Source of the DNA: a bacterium
GTDB taxonomy: Bacteria; SZUA-182; DTGQ01; JAFGSM01
Length of the DNA: 12,523 bases
NCBI GenBank assembly: GCA_049472335.1
Contig: JBLIRO010000115.1
Location: 1-12,523, forward strand
Direction: 5' to 3'
The position numbers and the translations under genes were made by a program. The notes beneath the pieces are model-generated. The model saw nothing but the letters and a program-made list of their open reading frames with translations, did no database searches and was not told the DNA's origin. Shown one piece after another: positions 1-7,272 of this stretch. The number at the start of each line of letters is the position of its first letter. Within the stretch, counting starts at the first letter, position 1.

Positions 1-16
1 TTCCAGGGAGCATAAG

Positions 17-1615
17 GTGAAAAAGGGAAAAGTATTTCTGTTGTTCTTGATTGCGGCACTTAGTCTGATAGTTTTTGGTGTCCTGTTCGCGGAAGCCGGA
101 CAAAAGGTTTTGCGGGTTTCTTACCCGGTTGATCCCAAGACTGCTGACTGCCAGAGAACCACGGAGTGCTATACCCTGCCTCTTAATGTATTTGACCGAC
201 TTGTTGAAGCGGTTACGGTAAGTCCCGGAAAATCGGAGCTCGTCCCCGGACTTGCAGAAAGATGGGATATTTCCGAAGACGGAAAGACTTACACCTTTCA
301 CCTTCGAAAGGGCGTATTGTTTCATAACGGCCAGGAGCTGACTGCCGGGGATGTGGTGTATACATTTGACAGAATGCTCGACCCTAAGACCAAGGCCCTG
401 AATACGGATATCCTGGGCTTTGTGGAAGGGGCCGGGGAGAGACTGGAAGGAAAGGCTGATGAAACAAAAGGCCTGGAAGCAATAGATAAGTACACCGTAC
501 GTATTACATTGCGGGAGCCCTATGCCCCCTTTATCGCGGTAATGGCAAGCCCGCAGGCCTCCATTTTTAACAGGAAATTTACAAAACCCCAAGGCGACCA
601 GTTTGGCCTCACACCTAAGACAACCTGCGGGACAGGCCCGTTTATTTTAAAGAAGTACGTTCTCAATGATTATCAGATCCTGATTGCGAACAAGAACTAT
701 TTCATGGGCCGCCCGAAACTGGATAAGGTCTTCATCCGCGTGGTTACGGACCCCGAAACCCTCAGGATACTTTTTGAAGCAGATGAGCTGGATGTGTTTG
801 ACTGCGACTATGCCATCTCACAACTGGAATATTTTTATAATAATGAGAAATGGAAGGACAGGATCAGGAGCGGACCCAGGGTCGGCATCTTTTATTACAG
901 CATCAATCAGAAGATAAAACCCTTTGATGACGTACAGGTACGGAAGGCCTTTCAGATGGCAATAAACAGGCAGATCATTCTGGACAAGATGTTTTACGGC
1001 AGGGGAAAGCTCGAAGACGGTGTTATGCCGCGCGGACTTATCTGCTTTAACTCTGACAAAGAACCTATTGAATATAATCCTGCCGGGGCAAAGGCATTGC
1101 TTGCAGAGGCCGGTCATTCCGACGGTATCCATATGACCCTTGTCCAGGTAAGCGGCTGGCAGCCGAAATTCTTTGATATCAATGAGGTGGTTCAGGCCAT
1201 GGCAAAGGAAGCCGGATTCCATATCAGGATCGAGCAGATGGATCAGGCAGCTTACTACGCGACCCGAAAACAGGGTAAAGTGGCAAGCTATCTGCAATCC
1301 TGGTCCGCGGATTTCAATGATCCGGACAACTTTTTCTATACGTTTTTTGCGGAACAGGGCACGGTAGTGCGGTCTTTCAATAATAATAATCCTAAGGTCT
1401 TTGAGGCATTGAACAGGGCCAGGAAGCTCCATGATCCTTCTGAACGCTGTAATATATACAGAGAACTGGAGAAGGTGATTGTTCATGAGGATGCTGCCTG
1501 GGTCCCCCTATTCAGTCTGGCTCATACCTATGTGGTTCAGCCCCGTGTCAGGAATTTCATGGTGCCCTGGAACGGCTGGAGCGATATGCCATACTACCGG
1601 GTGGATATGGATTGA
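17..1615 (+). CDS. ABC transporter substrate-binding protein, family 5 (peptide/nickel, DppA/OppA-like)
   Basis: 532 aa. GTG start with GGGAG RBS at 6-10; signal peptide (MKKGK + hydrophobic stretch + AEA). Family 5 signature PGLAERWDISEDGKTYTFHLRKGVLFHNG, plus GTGPF, PFDDVQVRKAFQMAINR and YNPAGAKALLAEAG. Confidence 0.95.
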   Translation: MKKGKVFLLFLIAALSLIVFGVLFAEAGQKVLRVSYPVDPKTADCQRTTECYTLPLNVFDRLVEAVTVSPGKSELVPGLAERWDISEDGKTYTFHLRKGVLFHNGQELTAGDVVYTFDRMLDPKTKALNTDILGFVEGAGERLEGKADETKGLEAIDKYTVRITLREPYAPFIAVMASPQASIFNRKFTKPQGDQFGLTPKTTCGTGPFILKKYVLNDYQILIANKNYFMGRPKLDKVFIRVVTDPETLRILFEADELDVFDCDYAISQLEYFYNNEKWKDRIRSGPRVGIFYYSINQKIKPFDDVQVRKAFQMAINRQIILDKMFYGRGKLEDGVMPRGLICFNSDKEPIEYNPAGAKALLAEAGHSDGIHMTLVQVSGWQPKFFDINEVVQAMAKEAGFHIRIEQMDQAAYYATRKQGKVASYLQSWSADFNDPDNFFYTFFAEQGTVVRSFNNNNPKVFEALNRARKLHDPSERCNIYRELEKVIVHEDAAWVPLFSLAHTYVVQPRVRNFMVPWNGWSDMPYYRVDMD

Positions 1616-1630
1616 TGGGATCACGGGAGC

Positions 1631-2563
1631 ATGTTGAGACATATTCTTAAGCGTACCTTTTTCTCCGTTCCGGTATTGATCGGGGTTACCTTCGTCCTCT
1701 TTGTCATGCTGAATGTTGTTCCGGGTGATCCCGTGACACTGATGATGAAAGAGCACATCAGCCCGGATGTGGTTGAGCGGGTCCGGATACAGATGCACCT
1801 GGACGACCCAATGATTGTCAGGTATTTCCGGTTTGTGGCGGGGGCCGCACGGGGGGATTTCGGGATTTCCTATAAGCTAAACCGGCCTGTCAACAGCCTT
1901 ATAATGCAGGCCTTTCCCAATACCTTGATATTGGCCCTGGCAGCCGCCCTTTTTTCATGGCTCATTGGTATCCCCGCGGGTATCCTTTCCGCGGTCAAAC
2001 AATATTCCTTCACCGATCATCTTTTTATGGGATTTTCATTGCTTGGCGTGTCCGTGCCTGTATTCTGGTCCGCGCTGCTCATGCAATATGTCTTCGCCCT
2101 TAAGCTTGGCTGGCTGCCCGTATCCGGTTTCTACGGGGCCAGATATGTCATTATGCCTGCCATTGTTCTGGGCTGGTATTCGGCGGGTGTGATTGCGCGT
2201 CTTACCAGATCGAGCCTGCTCGAGGTGATGCGCAAGGACTATATCCAGACGGCGCGAGCAAAGGGTCTGAGGGAGCTTTCGGTCATTATCAGGCATGCCC
2301 TGAAGAATTCCCTTCTGCCCGTGGTTACTATCATGGCCATTCAGGTGGCAAGCCTTCTTTCCGGTGCGGTAATCACTGAGAGTGTCTTTGGTATCCCGGG
2401 TGTGGGGAGGATCGCGGTTGATGCCATTCAGAGCAGGGATATGCCCCTGCTGCAGGGGGCGGTTCTCTTTGCAACCGTCATCGTAATCATCGGAAACCTT
2501 GTTGCGGATCTCCTCTATTCCTTTCTGGATCCGAGAATACGTTACGAGATGAAGGCTGGCTGA
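1631..2563 (+). CDS. ABC transporter permease, DppB/OppB-like
   Basis: 310 aa. GGGAG RBS; N-terminal VPGDPV motif; several hydrophobic segments; EAA-loop region RSSLLEVMRKDYIQTARAKGL; C-terminal DLLYSFLDPRIR. Confidence 0.95.
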   Translation: MLRHILKRTFFSVPVLIGVTFVLFVMLNVVPGDPVTLMMKEHISPDVVERVRIQMHLDDPMIVRYFRFVAGAARGDFGISYKLNRPVNSLIMQAFPNTLILALAAALFSWLIGIPAGILSAVKQYSFTDHLFMGFSLLGVSVPVFWSALLMQYVFALKLGWLPVSGFYGARYVIMPAIVLGWYSAGVIARLTRSSLLEVMRKDYIQTARAKGLRELSVIIRHALKNSLLPVVTIMAIQVASLLSGAVITESVFGIPGVGRIAVDAIQSRDMPLLQGAVLFATVIVIIGNLVADLLYSFLDPRIRYEMKAG

Positions 2564-2603
2564 TCAATAAGAAGTAATTAACCTATGGACGAAATCATTA
2601 CCC

Positions 2604-3497
2604 TTGGATATGGAACCAGAAAAAATAGAATCAGACATCCTGAGAAAAAAAAAGACAGCGAACTTTCTCTGCGAGCTTACAAATGAATTTAAAAAGCACA
2701 GGATGGCGATGGCAGGACTTGGCATAGTTCTTTTTCTCATCTTTATCGCGGTGTTTGCACCTTTTATAACACCTCACGATCCCTATGCCATGGACCTGAA
2801 TAAACAGCTTTTACCTCCCTCTGTCCAATATTGGCTCGGCACCGACAAATTCGGCCGTGACCTTTTGACCCGCATTATATACGGAACAAGGATATCCCTG
2901 GTGCTTGGTCTTATTCCCAGCCTTTTCTCCCTGCTTATCGGGGCCGTTATGGGTATCGCCAGCGGCTATTGCGGGGGAAAAACGGACTTCATCATCATGC
3001 GGTTTGCGGATGTCATGCTTGCATTTCCTTCCCTGATCCTTGCCATGGTGGTCATGTATACGCTGGGGCCAAATCTCTTCAACATCTTTATTGCCATAAG
3101 CCTTGTGGGATGGGCCGGAATCGCCAGGGTGGTCCGATCGCAAACCCTTTCACTGAAGGAAAAGGAGTTTGTTGAGGCAGCAAGGGCTATAGGGGTTAAC
3201 GGAAACCGGATCATGCTAAGGCATATCCTGCCGAACTGCCTTCCTGCCCTTATTGTCCTGTTTTCTCTTAGCATCCCCGAAGCGATCATGTACGAATCCT
3301 GCCTGAGCTTTCTGGGAGTTGGCGCTCAACCCCCGACCCCCAGTTGGGGATTGCTGGTGTCCAGGGGGAAGGAGCATCTCTTTTCAGCCCCATGGGTCGC
3401 GATTATGCCTGGCGTGGCAATCCTGATAACGGTCATGGCCTTTAATTTCATAGGCGATGGCCTTCGTGACGCACTGGACCCATACATGAAAAAGTAG
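2604..3497 (+). CDS. ABC transporter permease, DppC/OppC-like (start uncertain: TTG 2604 or ATG 2610)
   Basis: LGTDKFGRDLLTRIIYGTRISL, EAA motif EFVEAARAIG, RHILPN, LSFLGVG..PPTPSWG and C-terminal GDGLRDALDP. Confidence 0.95.
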   Translation: MDMEPEKIESDILRKKKTANFLCELTNEFKKHRMAMAGLGIVLFLIFIAVFAPFITPHDPYAMDLNKQLLPPSVQYWLGTDKFGRDLLTRIIYGTRISLVLGLIPSLFSLLIGAVMGIASGYCGGKTDFIIMRFADVMLAFPSLILAMVVMYTLGPNLFNIFIAISLVGWAGIARVVRSQTLSLKEKEFVEAARAIGVNGNRIMLRHILPNCLPALIVLFSLSIPEAIMYESCLSFLGVGAQPPTPSWGLLVSRGKEHLFSAPWVAIMPGVAILITVMAFNFIGDGLRDALDPYMKK

Positions 3498-3566
3498 GTT
3501 TTTTAATGGTTTAAAATATTACCACGGAGAACACAAAGATCAAGGATAATTTTCAAAGAAAAGGAT

Positions 3567-3595
3567 TTGCCTTTATCTGGGTAAGAGATTAAAAT
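3567..3595 (+). promoter_or_regulatory. Putative sigma70-type promoter for the oxidoreductase gene
   Basis: TTGCCT (3567-3572), 17-nt spacer, TAAAAT (3590-3595), about 67 nt upstream of GTG 3663. Confidence 0.5.
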
Positions 3596-3662
3596 GCTGG
3601 GATATCTTTATTTTTAAAGTTACAACCAAAGATCTTAATTAAATGAGGTTTAAGGGAACAGA

Positions 3663-5111
3663 GTGAAAATGTACGACGTTATTATAGTGGGAAGCGGCCC
3701 TGCCGGTATATTCGCGGCTCGAGAGATTGCTCTTAATAGCGGGATGAAGGTACTTATGCTGGATAAGGGATATGCTCTTGAGAAGCGGCGTTGTCCGATA
3801 CGGCTTTATAAACAAAATTGTGTGGAATGTCCGGAATGCGCGCTTCTTTGCGGCTGGGGAGGCGCGGGGGCATTCAGTGACGGGAAGCTTAATCTGACTG
3901 CACTGGTTGGCGGTTATCTGAATGAGTATATAAAAGAGGAGGATTTGAGAGACCTGATCGCATATGTTGACCGGATATATGTTTCGCATGGCGCGCCAGA
4001 TAAGGTCTTTGGGCAGGATGAGGAAAAAATAAAGGATTTGACTGCCCGTGCCGCGAAGGTTGATATGGAGCTTTTAAACTATCCAATCAGACACCTGGGC
4101 ACGGAAAACTGTTATAAGGTGCTTCAGGGTTTATTCAAAGAGCTCGCCGGCAGGGTGGATGTTAAATTTAATGCCAGGGTTGAGGAAATTATCGTTGAAA
4201 ACGGCTGTGCCACTGGTGTCCGATTGAGTGACGGTATAGAGATTAAGGCCAACAATGTAATAATAGCTGTGGGAAGGGAAGGCTCCAAGTGGCTATCCAA
4301 GGAGTCAAACAGGCTTGGATTGTTACAGAAGATCAATCCTGTGGACATAGGGGTCAGGGTGGAGGTTCCGGCGGCTGTAACTCAGATGCTCACTAATGTG
4401 CTTTTTGAATCAAAGCTTATTTTCAGGACAAAATATTTTAACGATGAAGTCAGGACCTTTTGTATGTGCCCTCACGGGGAGGTGGTCAGGGAGAATTATA
4501 ACGGACTGTTCACGGTCAACGGGCATAGCTTTAATGAGAAGAGGACCAAGAATACGAATTTCGCTTTACTTGTAAAAATGACCTTTACTGAACCCTTTTC
4601 GGAACCTATAACCTATGGGCAGAGGATCGCTGAGCTTGCTAATCTTCTGGGCTCAGGAATCATTCTCCAGAGGTTAGGCGATTTAAAGAAAGGAAGACGT
4701 TCCACCCCTGAACGAATAGGGAAGGGGACGGTTGAGCCTACATTGCTGGACACAACCCCGGGGGACCTGGCCCTGGTGCTTCCTTACCGTTTTTTAAAGA
4801 ATATTCTGGAGATGATCGGGGCGCTCGATAATCTCATGCTGGGTGTCGATTCACCGGACACGTTGCTTTATGGCGCTGAGGTGAAATTTTACTCCATCAG
4901 GCTTGAGCTTAAATCCTCCTTTGAGACAAAGATAAGATCATTATATACTATAGGGGATGGGGCAGGCATAAGCCGCGGGCTTATCCAGGCTTCCACATCC
5001 GGTATAGTCGCGGCACGGGATATTATTGGAAAGTTGCCTGCAAAAGAAGCACGTAAAAAATTGTCACGCAGAGATTTGTCTGAGAAGGGTAAAAGGATCT
5101 TTTTGAGATAA
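3663..5111 (+). CDS. NAD(P)/FAD-dependent oxidoreductase, COG2509-like uncharacterized FAD-dependent dehydrogenase
   Basis: 482 aa. Rossmann motif YDVIIVGSGPAG; family motifs GWGGAGAFSDGKL, VDIGVRVE, VRTFCMCPHGEV, VNGHS, NTNFALLV, LYGAEVKFYS and IGDGAGISRGLIQAS. AAGGGA RBS at 3652-3657. Confidence 0.9.
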   Translation: MKMYDVIIVGSGPAGIFAAREIALNSGMKVLMLDKGYALEKRRCPIRLYKQNCVECPECALLCGWGGAGAFSDGKLNLTALVGGYLNEYIKEEDLRDLIAYVDRIYVSHGAPDKVFGQDEEKIKDLTARAAKVDMELLNYPIRHLGTENCYKVLQGLFKELAGRVDVKFNARVEEIIVENGCATGVRLSDGIEIKANNVIIAVGREGSKWLSKESNRLGLLQKINPVDIGVRVEVPAAVTQMLTNVLFESKLIFRTKYFNDEVRTFCMCPHGEVVRENYNGLFTVNGHSFNEKRTKNTNFALLVKMTFTEPFSEPITYGQRIAELANLLGSGIILQRLGDLKKGRRSTPERIGKGTVEPTLLDTTPGDLALVLPYRFLKNILEMIGALDNLMLGVDSPDTLLYGAEVKFYSIRLELKSSFETKIRSLYTIGDGAGISRGLIQASTSGIVAARDIIGKLPAKEARKKLSRRDLSEKGKRIFLR

Positions 5112-5254
5112 TGGAAAATGGTAAAATTAAGAAAAATTATCATACACCACTATGACAATGTGGATGAAGCCATAGTGTTTGGAATCTTAAAAAGGCTCCT
5201 CGATGATTTCCTCCTCTTTAAACAACAATCCTGAATTTTCTTAAAAAAGATGGA
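5076..5254 (+). pseudogene. Degraded C-terminal half of a HepT/DUF86 (HEPN ribonuclease toxin) gene
   Basis: Fragments joined across frames read LSEKG / KDLFEIME / MVKLRKIIIHHYDNVDEAIVFGILKRLLDDFLLFKQ / ILNFLKKDG. This matches the DUF86 pattern M..FRN.IVH.Y..VD..IV..IL...L.DF..F. Needs about 3 frameshifts; N-terminal half absent. Confidence 0.75.
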
Positions 5255-5290
5255 AGCCGAACTTTTTGTCACTTAATTGTCAAAAAAGCT

Positions 5291-5319
5291 TTGACTAAAA
5301 TCATTTTGAATCATATGGT
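5291..5319 (+). promoter_or_regulatory. Putative sigma70-type promoter for 5454..6389
   Basis: TTGACT (5291-5296), 17-nt spacer, TATGGT (5314-5319). Confidence 0.4.
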
Positions 5320-5389
5320 TATTAAAAATTCAAACTTTATTAGTTTAGGGATATAAGCTTTTTTTGTTTAGGTCGTCTTAACTATATAT

Positions 5390-5411
5390 AGATGTGATAA
5401 CGATCACTTTT
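5390..5411. promoter_or_regulatory. CRP/FNR-family (or Rex-like) operator
   Basis: AGATGTGATAACGATCACTTTT contains TGTGA-N6-TCACT with a perfect GTGAT-N4-ATCAC core; 17/22 identity to the CRP consensus AAATGTGATCTAGATCACATTT by manual count. Confidence 0.55.
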
Positions 5412-5453
5412 AATAAGTTCAATCCCATTTTACATTAGGGGGGTGTAGATATT

Positions 5454-6389
5454 ATGTTTAAGACGTTCAAAGAAAGAATTACCTTTACAGGGAATAAAGA
5501 GGAACTTATAATCCTTATTATTTTATCGATATCCTTTCTTTTCTGTGGAGTTTTCGGAAAAACCGCATATTCATACTATGGCGGCGAATTTTTCAGCGGA
5601 ACATGGAATTCTCCTTTTATAATGACAAATTTCAGCAATCCTTTCCCTTTTAATACAGGCTATAACCCCAGTAATACAGGTTATAATGCCGGCTTTTTTA
5701 ATCCTGGTTCAGGGCTCAACTACGGAACATTCGGCAGATATGGTTTCGGTACGGACGGTTATACCACCGGCTTTTATCCGGGTTATGGAATTTCCTCCGG
5801 TTATGGCGGATTTTCAAGCGGCTATAACCCCGGTTTTGGTCCTAATTATAGCCCATTCGGAAGAAATAACCTGTTCCCTGGTTCCTATTTTTCAGGATTC
5901 GGCCAGGGTTATACAGGACTTAGCCAGGGCTATGTCGGATATGGCCGTAATTATGGCAGCTTCTATCCCGGTGTTTTTGGAATGCCTTTCTTCCCGGCAC
6001 AAGGATTTTATGACACACCGGTCAGTTCGGACGATCCCCTCCCTCCGGCTCAGAATTCCCTTGACCCTCAGCCGGGTGACGAAAATCTTATCCGTGGCCC
6101 TGTCTATCTGAATGAGACCCAGCTTTACGTGCTGGAAAGCTATCCGATGCAGGTAAGACTGCAATTGAAAGGTTATCTTCCAACACCATGCTATCAGTTG
6201 CGTGCCGTTGTGTCGGAGCCGAATAGCCAGAATCGCATAAATGTGGAGCTTTATTCCCTGGAAAATCCTAATTTGAGTTGTGCTACGGTATTGGAGCCTT
6301 TTGATGAGACCGTATCCCTGGGAAGCTTCACCGGAGGGTCATATACCGTGTGGGTAAACGGGGAGAAGGTGGAAGATCTGAACCTTTAG
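5454..6389 (+). CDS. Secreted or membrane-anchored hypothetical protein with a Gly/Tyr/Phe/Asn-rich low-complexity region and a ~100 aa C-terminal beta-rich domain
   Basis: 311 aa. AGGGGGGTG RBS; hydrophobic segment at residues 18-35 with possible AYS cleavage site; residues ~41-187 rich in G/Y/F/N/S/P; Pro/Asp-rich linker; C-terminal domain with LESYPMQV, LPTPC and CATVLEPF. Confidence 0.85.
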   Translation: MFKTFKERITFTGNKEELIILIILSISFLFCGVFGKTAYSYYGGEFFSGTWNSPFIMTNFSNPFPFNTGYNPSNTGYNAGFFNPGSGLNYGTFGRYGFGTDGYTTGFYPGYGISSGYGGFSSGYNPGFGPNYSPFGRNNLFPGSYFSGFGQGYTGLSQGYVGYGRNYGSFYPGVFGMPFFPAQGFYDTPVSSDDPLPPAQNSLDPQPGDENLIRGPVYLNETQLYVLESYPMQVRLQLKGYLPTPCYQLRAVVSEPNSQNRINVELYSLENPNLSCATVLEPFDETVSLGSFTGGSYTVWVNGEKVEDLNL

Positions 6390-6537
6390 CAGTAAATAAA
6401 AATTTGATTAGTATTTATACGCTCCATGAGGATCAGATTTTTTAGCAGGGAAATCACATGTCGATGCCTGTGATATTGAAATAACCGACCGATGCTGCTT
6501 AATAGATTAGTACGGATTTTTAAGATGTTATAAATTT

Positions 6538-6837
6538 TTAATTTTCCAGCTTTTCACCACATTTATTGCAGAATTTAGCATCCGTCTCAACCCTCTCCCT
6601 GCATTTCGGACATAATCTTTCCTGGGCGGCTCCGCAATAGCTACAGAATTTTGCCCCTGGCTGTAATGGTTTTTGGCATTTTATACATAATGCAGCCTCC
6701 TGTTGAAGCTTGTTTCCGCATGAAGAGCAATATTTGGACTCAGCGGGATTTGATGCCTGACATTTTGGACATATTTGCCCGGGTTCGGAAGGGGTATTGC
6801 CAGAGGTTTGCTGGGCCTGTTTCATTGATTCAGCCAT
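6538..6837 (-). CDS. Zinc-ribbon repeat protein (three CxxC-x10-CxxC units, DZR-like), possibly a 5'-truncated remnant
   Basis: CPKC..KYCSSCG, CIKC..KFCSYCG and CPKC..KFCNKCG. No clear RBS upstream of the ATG. Confidence 0.75.
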   Translation of the reverse strand: MAESMKQAQQTSGNTPSEPGQICPKCQASNPAESKYCSSCGNKLQQEAALCIKCQKPLQPGAKFCSYCGAAQERLCPKCRERVETDAKFCNKCGEKLEN

Positions 6838-7020
6838 AGATTGAGACAGTCTGTTATAAACGATGAATTCTGTTGAATGGGAATTGATTTCTTTTTTAAT
6901 TTCATTAAAGACCTTGTCAGAGGATTACCTGCGAGTATATTCGGGCTTGCCGGTGCGTGGTATTGCATAAATATATTAGAGGCTTTATCCTCCAAGCCTT
7001 GAATACTGAAGTCAGAGCCC

Positions 7021-7272
7021 CTATCTAAAAGGTCGTACACCTTTTGGTGATCTTACACCTCTTTTTCTGATAAAAGACCAGTATTCAATAAATTGTTCTA
7101 TATCATTATTTGTTGATAATCTAAGTCTCTTGCTTATAAAAACGTTACGCATCGCAGCCCTGATCATAACCTGTAAGATATCATAATTTTTATCTTTTTT
7201 ATATTCTACTATCTCTGTTTGATATAATTTAATATTTGAAAGTTCATTCCGCTGTTGTAATAGCTGTATCAT
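7021..7272 (-). CDS. Short hypothetical ORF or gene fragment (weak resemblance to part of a class I SAM methyltransferase)
   Basis: 83 aa, AT-rich. NIKLYQTEIVEYKKDKNYDIL resembles the motif II region of class I methyltransferases, but motif I (GxGxG) is absent. The C-terminus is read from the palindromes at 7027-7059. Confidence 0.3.
   Translation of the reverse strand: MIQLLQQRNELSNIKLYQTEIVEYKKDKNYDILQVMIRAAMRNVFISKRLRLSTNNDIEQFIEYWSFIRKRGVRSPKGVRPFR
7027..7060. repeat. Two tandem short palindromes (REP-like)
   Basis: AAAAGGT-CGTAC-ACCTTTT (7027-7045) directly followed by GGTG-ATCTTA-CACC (7046-7059). The units GGTCGTACACCT and GATCTTACACCT are imperfect direct repeats of each other. Confidence 0.5.

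Noticed and set aside
818..1486. 222-aa antisense ORF, plus the other short overlapping ORFs inside dppABC, the oxidoreductase, uvrA and the kinase
   Set aside because: They lie within well-supported genes and show no recognisable motifs; these are typical shadow ORFs.
5686..6111. 141-aa alternative-frame ORF inside the low-complexity gene
   Set aside because: A by-product of the Gly/Tyr/Phe codon bias of the main frame, with no RBS or motifs.
6453..6481. ATCACA-N10-TGTGAT inverted repeat followed by ATTGAAA, resembling a CRISPR repeat end
   Set aside because: Single occurrence with no repeat-spacer periodicity and no cas genes. The half-site order and spacing are wrong for a CRP site.
6822..7040. 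72-aa minus-strand ORF, considered as a frameshifted link joining 7021..7272 and 6538..6837 into one gene
   Set aside because: It starts at a GTG inside the palindrome and has no motifs. The flanking fragments resemble different families, so a single pseudogene is not supported.
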